A stretch of 64,000 nt of DNA. Origin: Asterias rubens (lineage: Eukaryota). The translations under genes and the position numbers were made by a program. The notes beneath the pieces were generated by a model that made no database searches, had not been told where the DNA came from, and saw only the letters and a list, made by a program, of their open reading frames with translations. Position 1 is the stretch's first letter. Every line of letters starts with the position of its first letter. The stretch is taken from positions 11,160,001 through 11,224,000 of the forward strand of contig NC_047080.1 in the NCBI RefSeq assembly GCF_902459465.1, read 5' to 3'. Below are positions 12,791-25,400 of this stretch, in pieces.

Positions 12791-13074
12791 ATTTTAACAA
12801 GCTTGCATGCTAAGCAGTCACTTTTCTTCAGGCAATCAATATTGTTTTTCAGAGCTTCCATGGTAGCGAGGTTGCAACCAAGTTGCGGTCTGTTGAATAT
12901 GTGTAACCTAATGTTGGCTCCTTTGTTGAAAATTCATCTGAATAAATACTAATGTCTACTAAGTATTGTGAGTTCATTTGAGGATGATGCCGAGTGTGTC
13001 TTCTACTATATATTCAATGGCTATCGTCGGATGTGTTAAAGATTCAGTAGTTCATGTTGACAGATGAATATGCC

Positions 13075-16000
13075 TTAGAAGATGTCCTCGTCATACACCT
13101 TCTTCTCCCTTTTGTCTTTGTGTCTGCTGCCTTTGATGGCTCCTTGTGCTATAAAAAGAAAAAAACAAGATTGAGAAAAAATAAATAAATCTTTAAAGGC
13201 AAAGTATACCGTTGGTTTTTGGAACCGTTTGATTGTTTTATTCCTGTAGATATTAAGATGTGTACAATAAAATAATATGTACAAATTTCATTTTGAAAAT
13301 AGGTTGCCAACAGGAAATTGATTCTTTCAATTCTAAAACGTGATCTCATTGTATCATAAAGTTAAGATCTTTGTGAATGAGGTTGGAGAATTATGTGTGC
13401 TACTAGGTGGCAGCAGACTTACCAGGTAAACGTTCATTATTTACGTAGTTCCAAGCATGTGCCATTACCGAGAATGATTTTACCTGGCAAGTCTGCTGCC
13501 ACCTAGCACCACAAAAGAACCCCCATTGGGTAAAGGGGTACACTTCCTAGCCTGAACATCTGAGATCACAGTTCGAGGCTTGTGAATAGACCAATCCATT
13601 AAGCCCCGCCCCATTACGTGTTGACCAATCACAACCCGTATCGCAACCAAAAGTCTGACAAATTAAGGTCCGACATGCGTGCACATTTGCTTAGCGCGCA
13701 CGGTAGAGTTGTGCAGAAAGGCAATGGAGAGGCGCACATGTTCTTGCTCACACGTGCGCCGTGGGTGGAGCCTAATGGATCGGTCTATTACACCAGAGAT
13801 CTGCTGTTGAGCCATGTACATTATCACCTTTGACCGTGCACCATTTCACATGGTTTTCATGGCTCTGGAGATTCACAGTTTAAATCCGAAAGACATGTGT
13901 TTACATACAAAGCCAACACCTGTAGGACAGGGACCAGTGTACACAATTCCTCACCTAGATCACTCCACGTTGACTTTCCAACTGTCTGGGTGTCATTGTT
14001 CGCGTACTTGTGAATGTTTGGTTGTCGTCGTGCCAGTGACACGTGGAGAACCGTTGACGAAACCATCTTGTTGTTCATTTCATTGATGGCTTTGTCGGCC
14101 GCCTCAAAATTATCAAACGTGATGAAGGCACAACTGAAATTCAGAGGAGGAACACAAAGGTTAAAAATTGAGGAAGCTTTCCCTTTTTAAACCCATCAAA
14201 CCTTGAAACTTGAGTTGACAAACCATTTGAAGACGATGAATATTTTTTATAAAAAGTAGACACCATATTCTGGGTTTTAAAATAAGCTTCTTGCGACTTG
14301 CGAGATAATTTTAGAACAAATCTGGTAAAAAGAAAATGTCTTAACAAAACACAACCCAACAGTGAATTTCAGAAGTAACCACAATCCAGTTTTAAGAGAC
14401 AGAAATCAAAATAAGTATGGAGATATCTTCTAGAAGCCCAGGCTTGTGGTGCGATGCCCGATGGACAGACAAACAGACACTTGACAAGAACGTACGGACA
14501 GACAGGTTGAACAAAGACAGAAATGATGAAAGACTTATACAAGACGTTGTGCAAATTTAACTCGCACAAACATCTTTTAATTGAAACCTGTCGCGAAGAC
14601 AAGAATTATTGAAACCCACCTCTTCTCCTGCTCCATGTTGATATTTGCAATCGTCCCAAATTTCTTGAACGCTTTATCGCACAGCTCGTGGGAGATTCCT
14701 CGACCGTGGACGTACACTGTATTTCCGCGCTTTCTTTCCTGTGAGCCTGTGTGTATTAAAACAGCAACAGGTGTTTCAATCAATTATAGGACAGGTGTTA
14801 ATCATTACCATGAACAGATGCCGAGTACAAACAAAGGGTGTAATTAATATTTGGCGAGTGTTTCAGATCAATACAACACAGGGAAGTGATAAGAAGGTTG
14901 ACGTACTTCGTAAACCATTAATAGTCACCAATAATTCAGCTGTTCAACCTCACACACACGTGTGATTGAGAACACATTTAAAGGCAGGGTAAATTTTTAG
15001 TTATTGTCAAAAACCACATATTCATAACGAATATAAAAAAAAGTCAAAAGTTGGCCTTAGATGGTCATTGAAGTTGACAATGAAAGAAGCAACACCCTGG
15101 TTACACAGAACTTTGTGCTTTCAATGCCTGAGATAAGAAAACCAGACCTGAAGTCATTCTCAGAATCAAATTGTGGGTGAAAAATTACCTCTTTCCCTAA
15201 AATTACATAACTTCAAAGGGGGTCATCTCTGACAATGCTTTATAACATCAATAGATCTCCAGTGTTCTTTATTAAGAAACTAACATACAAATGACTGTCT
15301 CATTTAGGAATGGTGTAATAGAGACCAAGTACCTACCGTCAGGTATGTCTGTTTGGGATGGTTTCCGACTGCTTACAAAACTAAACAAAGAGAGCAAAAC
15401 AAACATTTTTAAACAAGCACTTTGAGAATGGGTTTTTCAATACCTGTAATTGAAACCGTCTGAAAAGCCAATTCAACTGCAGGAGTTGTGTATGGTGGTA
15501 CGTAACTCTCTGTCTCTGCCTGTTTACACTGAATATTTAAAATGCATTTATTACATGATATCGTACTGCAGTCTTCCACAGTTTACCCATGTTCAAAACC
15601 ACAGTCGATATTGAACGATCAGATAGTAGGATGGTTGACTGTGAACCATATCACAGGCTTCCAAAGTTTACATATTGTTCAAACCAAAGTGGATATTGAA
15701 TGGTCAAACAGTAGGAGGGTTGACTATGTAGATGCATTCACAACAAATATTATACTCAAGGCTGCCAAAGTTTTACTTTTTTTCAAAACAGTATTTTGAT
15801 ACATGTATTATGGATGATACTAAACGGTAAAACAGTAGGAGGGTTAAGTGTATAAAGTGTACGATTTTCCATTCAACGGAAGTCAATAAAGTAAAATTAT
15901 ACCCCTTCCATTCATACTCACTTGTCATATAAATTCTTCTTGTGTAGTTTCCTTCCGTCCATGTTGGGTCCTGGACTCGTCTCCTCCCCACTGGATGGGC

Positions 16001-17751
16001 CACTGTTTGGACCCACAAAAGGCTGGAAAATGGGCAGGTCCGGTGCCTTCTCTGGCTCCTTAAGGCTGCGCTGCATCTTACGTGAACGCTTGAACCCTGA
16101 GCTCTTGTTCTCTTCTAGCTTGGCTTGTTTGGCCTATCAGGAGCCAAAGATTTAAAACGAAATCAGCAAAATAACCCACAACACAATCACCAGTTGCCGA
16201 GGTGCCCTGTGCTTTTGCTGTCGAGCCCTTTGCAAAGTTCCAATACAAACTGTCCTCATAGAAGTGCCCTTACGGGGGGAAAATTGCTGTGCCCCTTCAA
16301 GAACGAACTTCAATGCAATGGATTGGTTTAGAATTGGTACTTGACTAGGCCAAACCTGAAGTTTTGCTGAAATAGGCTGGGAAACCTATAATAGAACGTG
16401 GTAGGTTGGAATTTTGATGGTCTTTCTCATAATTGGTTAGACCAGTATTTTCAAGAGGATTTTTAGAGATGTAAAAGAAGTAGAATTTGAAACTTTGTTT
16501 GGTGGAAGTATAATTAGGTGAGGTTTGTGGTAGCACGGTAGCACCATGTGTAAATCTATTTTGACTAGTGTTGGTTCTGATAAGAACTGGTTGATAACAC
16601 AACGTTTCTATCAGTATGCTCTATCTTATCAACTTCAATAGGATGTTGGACTCTGTTGCTGGGAAGCTGCTTAAGTACTAATACTATCTGGGGGAAATAT
16701 AATGTTGCTGCAGTTCTTAGCTTCGTCACACTGACCTGTTCAGCAGCTAATACTTTCTTAGCCATCTCTTTGGCATCTTCTTGGCTGGTTTCTGGCAAGG
16801 CTGCATTATCAAAATGGAAATAAGTAAATATGAAAAAATAATAATTATGTAACCAAAATATTGATAAAATAGGAAGACTGCCGACCTTGAGGCTCACTAG
16901 ATAACTCAGTTTGTAGAGTGGTGGCACGTTAGTCGAGAGGTCGCAGGTTCAAATCCCGCTGTAGTAAATATTTCTTTATCAACTTAGAATTTATTTTGTC
17001 TACTGAATTCAACTTACCTCTTTTTGTACCTGGTTGTGGAGTGAGAGGCGCAGGTTTGTTTTTATTATTTTTCAACTGTTGTAAAACTTTCTTCTGTAAA
17101 AAAAGCAATTCAAAACAAAGTTATTAGGCCTGCTACAATATTTTGATTAAGTAAATACCTCTATCAACCCAAGACCTGGTTGTTGCAGCACGTACGTTTT
17201 TATTTAAATTTATTACTACCAACACGACAAGCCCAGGTTAATGTGCTTTCCACAATTGCGCTAGAGACTTTGGGAAAATCTTGGCATAAAAACATGGATT
17301 GAGTCCAGCATATGATATTGACACTGTATTTTCTGATGCTCCATTTTATAAATACAATTGAATAGGGCCTGTCTAGGCTAATTCTAATTCTAGTCCCATC
17401 ACATCATTCATAAAAACAAAATACAGAAATGTTATTGGCCCCATTCATTTCGCTGTATCTTGGCACTTAAAATTGGCCAAAGAAATCCTCATTACTCATG
17501 TAACTTTATAAAAGTGTATTACAATTTATACCAAATACAAGTATTTCATCATGCAAAACTAACAATAACATCATCAAAAAAGCAAAATTCAAATCACAAA
17601 ACAATTTTCACGATGTTGGTGCAGTGATATTTTACATGTTTACAAAATGAAATTATCACTGATTCCTATAATTTCATACCTTTTTCCGTATCTTGGCATA
17701 TTTATTTTGCAGCATCTCCTCTTCCTCAGTCATACGGGACGGAAAAACCAT
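13075..17751 (-). CDS. NELFE: Negative elongation factor E (RRM protein), 282 aa, 8 coding exons
   Basis: Exons 17751-17680, 17093-17018, 16800-16736, 16133-15922, 15380-15337, 14746-14620, 14133-13955, 13148-13075; all GT-AG with consistent phases (849 nt). N-terminus MVFPSRMTEEEEMLQNKYAKIRKKKK, motif SGFKRSR, RRM RGNTVYVHG..SCAFITFDNFEAADKAINEMN and C-terminus KVYDEDIF all match NELF-E. Confidence 0.95.
13403..13506. mobile_element. ~105-bp palindromic MITE in a NELF-E intron (second, degraded copy near 41278-41395)
   Basis: 28-bp TIR ctaggtggcagcagacttaccaggtaaa / tttacctggcaagtctgctgccacctag. Confidence 0.75.
14982..15265. mobile_element. Old, degraded TTAA MITE family A-related copy
   Basis: ttaa|aggcagggt..ttgtcaaaaacc start; recognisable internal blocks (aattacctctttc, cataacttcaaaggggg). 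Confidence 0.55.
16897..16985 (+). mobile_element. tRNA-derived SINE head, family 1
   Basis: A-box-like ataactcagtttgtagagtgg and B-box ggttcaaatccc; homologous to 39978-40075 and 35093-35172 (-). Confidence 0.7.
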
Positions 17752-18117
17752 TTGGCTAGTTCTGCTGTTGTTTTTGGCACAGTCAAAAATGAAAAATAAA
17801 ATTGAAAAAATGTGGATCAATAGCAGACGGTCACCAGCTGTCCAGTCAAAAAAATTGTTGGTGGTACCCGGCGCGATCAGGATTCAGGTAGGTATAGGTT
17901 ATCCGTGTACCAGTGTAAATGTACTGGGGTCACCGATTGGTGGCGCCATTTATTGTTTCTAGTATCTTCTTGCTGATCGCATCTTCTTTGACAGGCGATT
18001 TAATTTTCAGTAATTCATCTCGTTATTACGACTGGAAAGCTACAATTTCAGTAGATATTTGTTCTCTTGTTCGGACTGCAGCACTTCAAGTAAATATTCT
18101 CAGTTGGACAAGTCGAG
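17752..18117. promoter_or_regulatory. Compact bidirectional promoter region (NELF-E / microprotein gene)
   Basis: Only 366 bp between the divergent start codons. CCAAT box (gattgg 17935-17940) next to a YY1-like tggcgccattt (17941-17951). Confidence 0.6.
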
Positions 18118-18300
18118 ATGGGTTTGAAGAAAAAGCCCAAAATCACCTGGATAGTGGAGCTTGCTAACCATCTTCCACATTTCGAAGATGTTTTCGACGA
18201 ACACACATTTTACTGGACGGCCTTTGTTTTTGTTATCTCCACTTTCGTCTTTGTTTATCTCCTCTCGCGACGGGTGAAGATAAAGAACACTGATATTTAA
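18118..18300 (+). CDS. 60-aa single-pass membrane microprotein
   Basis: MGLKKKPKITWIVELANHLPHFEDVFDEHTFYWTAFVFVISTFVFVYLLSRRVKIKNTDI. Good Kozak (gagATGG), one ~20-aa hydrophobic helix followed by basic residues, head-to-head with NELF-E. It resembles a small invertebrate membrane-protein family from memory only; not verified. Confidence 0.75.
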   Translation: MGLKKKPKITWIVELANHLPHFEDVFDEHTFYWTAFVFVISTFVFVYLLSRRVKIKNTDI

Positions 18301-18641
18301 CGGCGCTAGACACCGGCGAGAGACAATATTTTACGACCGAGTTATTTATTTCCACGACAGTTTTGATGAAGCGTATCAAAATTCATATTAATTTTTTGGT
18401 AGTCGGCGAATTTTTCTTTTTGACGAACACACATTTTACTGGACGGCCTTTGTTTTTGTTATCTCCACTTTCGTCTTTGTTTGTCTCCTCTCGCGACGGG
18501 TGAAGATAAAGAACACTGATATTTAACGGCGCTATAGACACCGGAGAAAGACAATATTTTACGACCGAGTCATTTATTTCCACGACAGTTTTGCTGAAGG
18601 GTATCAAAATTAATATTTTTGGTGGTCGGCGAATTTTTCTT
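18196..18641 (+). repeat. Tandem duplication (~226-bp unit) of the microprotein's 3' CDS and start of its 3' UTR
   Basis: 18196-18421 is repeated at 18422-18641 with few substitutions. The second copy has no ATG (in-frame TAA at 18389-18391 upstream). Confidence 0.9.
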
Positions 18642-19424
18642 CATGAGATCGTGAAAGGCCTATCCTATTCCTACACAGATTGAGATAGGGTAGATAATCT
18701 GTTTATAAAGAATAATATCGTTTTAACATGAACTTGCATTACTCAGTCATCTGGAAGTGACGGTGAATCTGCGATTCTTTTGTTCCCATACCCTACCATA
18801 CCGGAATATAACTGTAGTACAGTAGTAACACTGTGTGCATGGCTTTTGTGAAAGTGCCCAGTTGGTTTTGATGGTTCAATGCACTTGTCCACCGTTACGT
18901 AATTGATTGATTTACATCATATCTCATCCAAATGGTGTAGGAATTTACGTGCTCAGGAACTGCGCTCCCTGAAAAATAAAAAATAAACCCATTAAGGTCT
19001 TCACTTAAAAACAGCAGCTTCTTCATTGAAGGAGAGAGCTATGAATGCAAAAATATGTACAATTAATTATAGCCAACGAACCCTGAACTAGCTGGAATAA
19101 TAAGAAATAAATACGGACTACATTATGGCGGCGCACTCCACTTGTACTACTCACTTCGCGGTGACCAAGCTAGGACTTCTATCTATTCTGGTTGGTGTCG
19201 TCTTCCGGTAGCTGTGCATTTGCACACTACAGTTCGTCGGGCTTGAGTGGACAGGACATTAGACGATGTCGCCCATAAAAAGCTACAGCCAAAAACTTCT
19301 GAGAAACTTTTGGCTAGAACTGAGATAGTAAAGTTTTGGATACTTGTGACATATTTAAGGAGGTATTTAGGAGAACGTTTTGAGCTTGAAGGAGCTTTTT
19401 GAGGCTCTAACTTCGGAGTTGGAA

Positions 19425-22400
19425 ATGGGGAAAAGGAACAGCAAGTTGAGACAGGAAACTTTGACAGACCTTTTGGAGAAAACACACTGTGAGTATATTA
19501 CTATCTCCATGCCATTTTGTGTAGTATTAACACACGTACTGAACCAGTAAAGTTGTCATGTGTTTTATTTGGTTTTAATTATGATGACACCTACTGTGAT
19601 CATGGTGATGAACTTTTAATAATGGTTTGATGAAGTGGCTGAACATGTGTGTGGGATGGGAAGTATGACCATTACATTTTATGGAAAAGTTTCCGTATGG
19701 CGCCACCACTTTTTCATTCGATATGAAATAATATAGTATCTAATTTACCTCAATGAGATATCCCTTTTTGTAAAAATGAGTGAAAAAGTGGTGGCGCCAT
19801 ACGGAAAGTTATCCATTTTATGGACAGGGGGGAATTACAGGAAATTTTCCTTTACTGTAGTAGTATCCTGTATCCTGTATGTATCCTGCCACCACTTTTG
19901 TTTTCTCACTAATTTTTACAAAAAATCTTATGGATAACTTTCCGCACCTCGCCACCACTTTTTCACTAAATTTTACAAAAAGGGATATCTCATTGAGGTA
20001 AATTAGATACCATATTATTTCATATCGAATGAAAAAGTGGTGGCGCCATACGGAAACTTTTCCAATCTTATTTTAATTTAAGGAGTAAATAAGAGTTAAC
20101 TGGATATTATATTATTAATTCTTTCATTGAATGAACAAGTGGTGGCAGCTGAGCTAGGATAATTAAATTGTTCCTAATTACAAATTTTTACAAAATGAAA
20201 TGTTAAATTCAATTTATGTTCATCAAATTCAATGATGGTGATTGGTTATTGACTGGTGACCACGCCAAAATGTCAGCAAAAACAGGTCAATTTTATTTCT
20301 ATTTACATAATTGTAGGCCTACATGTAAATAGGTGATTTTGGTTAGTACTATCTAAACAAAAATTAGTTGGGATAACTTTCCGTATGGCGCCACCACTTT
20401 TTCACTCATTTTTACAAAAAGGGATAATCAATGAGGTAAATTAGATACTATATTATTTCATATCGAATGAAAAAGTGGTGGCGCCATGCGGAAACTTTCC
20501 ATTAGTTGCAATCAGCTGCTAATTAAAAAAACTTATTTATCAGGCCTAATTAAAAAAAAAAAAGCTTAGTAATTATAGGCATATTAAAAAAAAAATTAAA
20601 AGTAAGCCTAATTCACGAGGTCTACCAGTATCTTTTCTTAAAATGGGAATTGAACTGAAACAGGAATTTTAAAAATATTTCAACTAATTAAATCATGAGA
20701 GTATTACTATAGCAAGGAGAACAAGCATCTTTCCATTCTAACAGGGTTCTTATCAAAAACTACATATGAAATAAATTTTCTCTATGTCTTAGTGCTTGCT
20801 AACCCCCCCCCCCCAAATAAAAAAATAAAAAAGGAAATAAAGGACAAATAATAATAATACTAATAATAATACTATTAAAATAAGAATTACAAAAAAAATT
20901 AATTAACAAAAGATATAAATATAAATAAATGAAAAATGAAATAATTATCAATAATTATCAGTATTATATCTTTAAAATATCCAGTCTGTACAGAAAGTTC
21001 TGTCTCATTTGGTTTCTGGTGTAAAAAATATAAACACTAAATTGTGATCCCAGCTGGTAAACACTTCCACACTACAAACAGGCCCTGTGGTAGTCTTAGT
21101 GGTATTTATTAACAATACAAGCCCTGCCAAAGGCCAACCACATCAGACTTGAAGTGAGCATTTGGTCGAGTAAAACCAATCAGACCTGAGATCTAGGATA
21201 TATATATGGAACTCAATCTAGCTAGTCACATGAATGTCATTGAGTCTTTATCAGTATGTAAACATATTGGAAAGCCACATGTCCCGATTGTCCGCCTTTA
21301 TGAGCATTATGTTTGGATGTAACTTACACCGCAGTATGTTTGACATGCGTCACGCAGGGAGATGTTCAACAGACTTTTTTCAGCTTAAAGTTTCTTATGC
21401 GATTCCTGCTGGATCGCCTGACCTGGAACACACCAACAAATATTTCTGGTTTTCATTTTATCACTTGGTTCTTATGGTTTTTTTTAAAAGTAATTGATAC
21501 ATATGGGTTTTGGGATAAGGAACAATTGTTTGCAAACTTTATCAGCCGATAACTGTGGGAAATAAATCCATTGGCATCTTGACTCGAGTTGGATTTGTAC
21601 GTATAATGACCTTTAACTGCAGTTTACAGCAGATTGGGTTATTTCTTTAAATCCTTAGACTGTCTACTCGTAGCTGGTTTAGGTTTAAAAAGCAGCATTA
21701 TCTGTCGTTAAATCTCCATTGTGGTACCCTTTGTAATGCTCATGACCATATGGTGCGTTCGTTTAGCTTCCCTGGGTCGACCCCGGTGTGTGGCATGTTT
21801 TTTTTCCAGGACGAATGTGGCTAATTATCTGCACACGTTCGTCCTGGAAAAAGAAACGCCACACACCGGGGTCGACCCGGGGAAGCTAATTGAACACACC
21901 CATTGCCATAGCCGTCAATTAGAATGCAATATAAAAGTTACATTTTGAGTGTTGGCTTTATTTTGACACAGTGCTCTATTTCTTATTCTATTTACAGTTA
22001 ACGAGAAGGAGATTTTGCAATGGTAAGTGTAATAGATAATTAATTATTCCTTAAAATTCTTTTGTTTCAATTCAGTCAACACAGTGCTGCTACTCTGACA
22101 ATTATTTGAGTTAATTTGCTGAAAGTTATTTGACTTCCTCAATGAACCACGTTCGGGTAGATATGAAAAATCTGTCATCGCACAGCCAAACATTATTGCT
22201 ACTTCTGGTATGTTCAAATAAAATTCCATGTATGTGTTGTGTGCACATGCACGGCTCACATACATGTACATGTACTCTGTAGTGTTGGCATAATATGTAC
22301 ATTTGTGTGCAAACTTAAAGACACTGGACACTATTGGTAATTGTCAAAGACTAGCCTTCACAGTTGGTGTATCTCAACATATGAATAAAATAACAAACCT

Positions 22401-25400
22401 GTGAAAATGCTCATTCGGTCATTGTGAGATAATAATGAAAGAAAAAACATCCTTATCACACGAAGTTGTGTGCTTTCAGATGGTTGATTTCGAGACCTCA
22501 AATTCTAAATCTGAGGTCTCAAAATCAAATTCGTGGAAAACTACTTCTTTCTCAAAAACTATGGCACTTCAGAGGGAGCTGTTTCTCACAATGTTTTATA
22601 CCAACAACCTCTCCCCATTACTCGTCACCAAGAAAGGTTTTATGCTAATATTTTTTGAGTAATTTACCAATAGTGCCCACTGCCTTTAAACAGTAGCCTA
22701 CTTGACTAGACTAGCCACATGCATTTAACATGTCTCCAATAACTCTGTTACTATGACTTACATATTTGAAGAATTTATTTCAACACATATTTTGAAGTGG
22801 AATGTACAATTAGTAAAGCTTCTCTCAGGATGGAGTACAGTGTGTGGAATAATTTAAAATGAACTTCAGAAGAAGGATTTTGTTAATAGTTCCTCAGGCC
22901 TTGAAATAAGCGAGACACCAACAGCAATAAGCGTTTTTGAGGTATGGCGGACATACAATGTTTATGCGCGCCCCCCAAATGGGGGTAACTCATAGATATA
23001 GAATAATAATAATAGCTAGATCGGCCGCACGAACATATGCGCCATAAGCCGCAGTAGTGTTGTAGCATTGTGTCCGCCATATCTCAAAAAGGCTTATTGC
23101 AGTTGTGCCATGTGCTTGTGCTGTGGTGTCTGTTGCAAAGTTTCAATACAAATTAAAACTTTCCTTAAAGGGAAGGTACACGTTTCGTAATTGTCAAAGA
23201 CCAGTCTCCTCACTTGGTGTATCTCAACATTTGCACAAAATAACAAACCTGTGAAACTTGGACTCAATCGGTCATCGAAGTTGCGAGAAAATGATGAAAG
23301 AAAAAACACCCTTGTTGGACGAATGTTATGCTTTCAGATAGGAATAAAAGACTTCTAGGTAGAAGTCTTTTATTATTTTAGTGAGAAATTACCTCTTTCT
23401 CAAAAACTACGTTACTTTAGAGGGAGTTGTGTCCCACAACTTTGTATACTATCAACAGCTCTCCAATGCTTGTTACCAAGTCAGTTTTTAAGTTAATATT
23501 TATTTTGAGGAACTACTAAACGTGTACCTTCCCTTTAATAGAAGTGCCTCTTTCCAGAGGAAAATTGCTTTGTTTCTTAAAATTTGAATAGGGCTACCGT
23601 TTAATAGTTTAAATTTGCTTTCCTCCCTTTTTTTTGGCAGGCATAAAGGGTTCTTGAAGGACTGTCCCAACGGCTACCTTAACCAAGAAGTAAGTGTTAC
23701 TCAATCTTTTTCGATAGTTTTCCCAAAACTAGCCATGGGGATGAGATAGCTCATAATTTCACTGGTCCGCCAGCTTTTTCATTTGGTCCAATGCAAAAGT
23801 TTGTGTATGTTTTTTGTAAGTTCAAAATTCGTTCAAAGAAAAACATTCCTTGCAAAAGATTTTTTTTCCTGAAAATTGGCCTAGGCATAGAGGCTTCCTC
23901 TATGGCCTAGGCAACTTAAGCGTAAGTACAAGTATGGTAAAACAGTCACTTGTATTTGGGCTGTAATTTCATTTATTTGGCCTATGAGTGGAATTTTCTC
24001 AGCCTGGATAGCCTCTGTCAGCTGAGTCTGTTGTAGTGTGTTGTGTACGTGTACAGATTTTTCAATAGGAAAAAAGGTCGGTCAACCTTTTTTATGAACT
24101 TGTAACCATCTTTTTCGCAAACAGCATATTGTATCCACACTGACATTTTAAAAAGTCTAAAGAAATCTGCTGTACCTACACTAGACGTAGTCAACTGTGT
24201 TACATTCCATTTGTCTTCATTTGTTATAGTCCCAAGTCTAGTCCATATTCCACCAATTGATTTTGATGGATTTGGTGCTGTTAGGGGTAATCCTTCGTTG
24301 TTATTTTTTATGTTGGCTTCCGTTGGCTTCTTACACAAATCAAGTCAGAAACCGATGATCAAGGGTCACTTTTATTGGCTTTATTGAAGAAAGTTGGTTT
24401 GTGTTTGGAGTAAAGCAAATACATTCTCAAACTTAGTCATTGATAAAAACCTTTTTAGGCACTACAACATGGCGTTGTGATTGCGGACACGCACCCATCG
24501 TACGCACACACACAAAAGAATGGGGAAAACAACAAAAAACTCAAAGTCCAATGAGTTTGCAAGCAAAGTTACATACATTGTTTACATAGCCAGGCTTTTT
24601 TGAAAGTACACGCTACATTGGTGCATGTAGAGTGTTGAGTGTAAGAAACTTGTAGTTAATCCCAACATTGGCTTGAGGTTCACTTCCTCACAGAGCTAGA
24701 GACATTATCAAAAAATTATCATGAGACTCGAAAAGTTGGCGTCCAATTTGGTCTTGGCCTTGGTGCCCCTTTCCAAAGTTCCCCATAGACTTTTAAGATT
24801 TTCCAATGGAAGTGCCCTTTGCAATAATAAAAATATACTTTCCCTCTCAGGGATGAAATTTCAGATCTCTGAAATCATACACGCACAGCCCAAAATGATC
24901 ATGGGACTCAAATTCAAACGCACTTTTACACTGCATACACTATCTCATACACCCGCACTCATAATTTATGAATGCGAAATGTGTTGATCAGCTGTCGACC
25001 CAAGCCTGCGACCCATCCGATATTTATGAATATCGCAGGTGAGGGAGTCATGTGTCTGGACACTCATAGCATACCCTTAAAGGCACTGCAGGGAACGATT
25101 TCATCCAGCCCTTTTGCATAGCAAAATATTTTGAACACTGAATGGTAATTTTGAGTAGCAAATGATGATTTTTTAATAGCATCTGAGACATTTTGCATAG
25201 CATCTGCTTATTCGCTACTGGACACCATCGGTAAAAAAATAATTGCTAGCATAAAAACTTAATTGGTAACAAGCAAAGGAGAGCTGTTGATAGTATAAAA
25301 CATTGTGAGAAACGGATCCCTCTGAAGTAAAGTAGTCTTTGAGAAAGAGCTAGTTTCTCACTCAAATAATAAAAGACTTCAGCTGAAGGCTTTTATTATG

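Noticed and set aside
17919-18167. 82-aa ORF overlapping the microprotein start
   Set aside because: It has no strong coding features and overlaps the promoter and the better-supported 18118 ORF in another frame.
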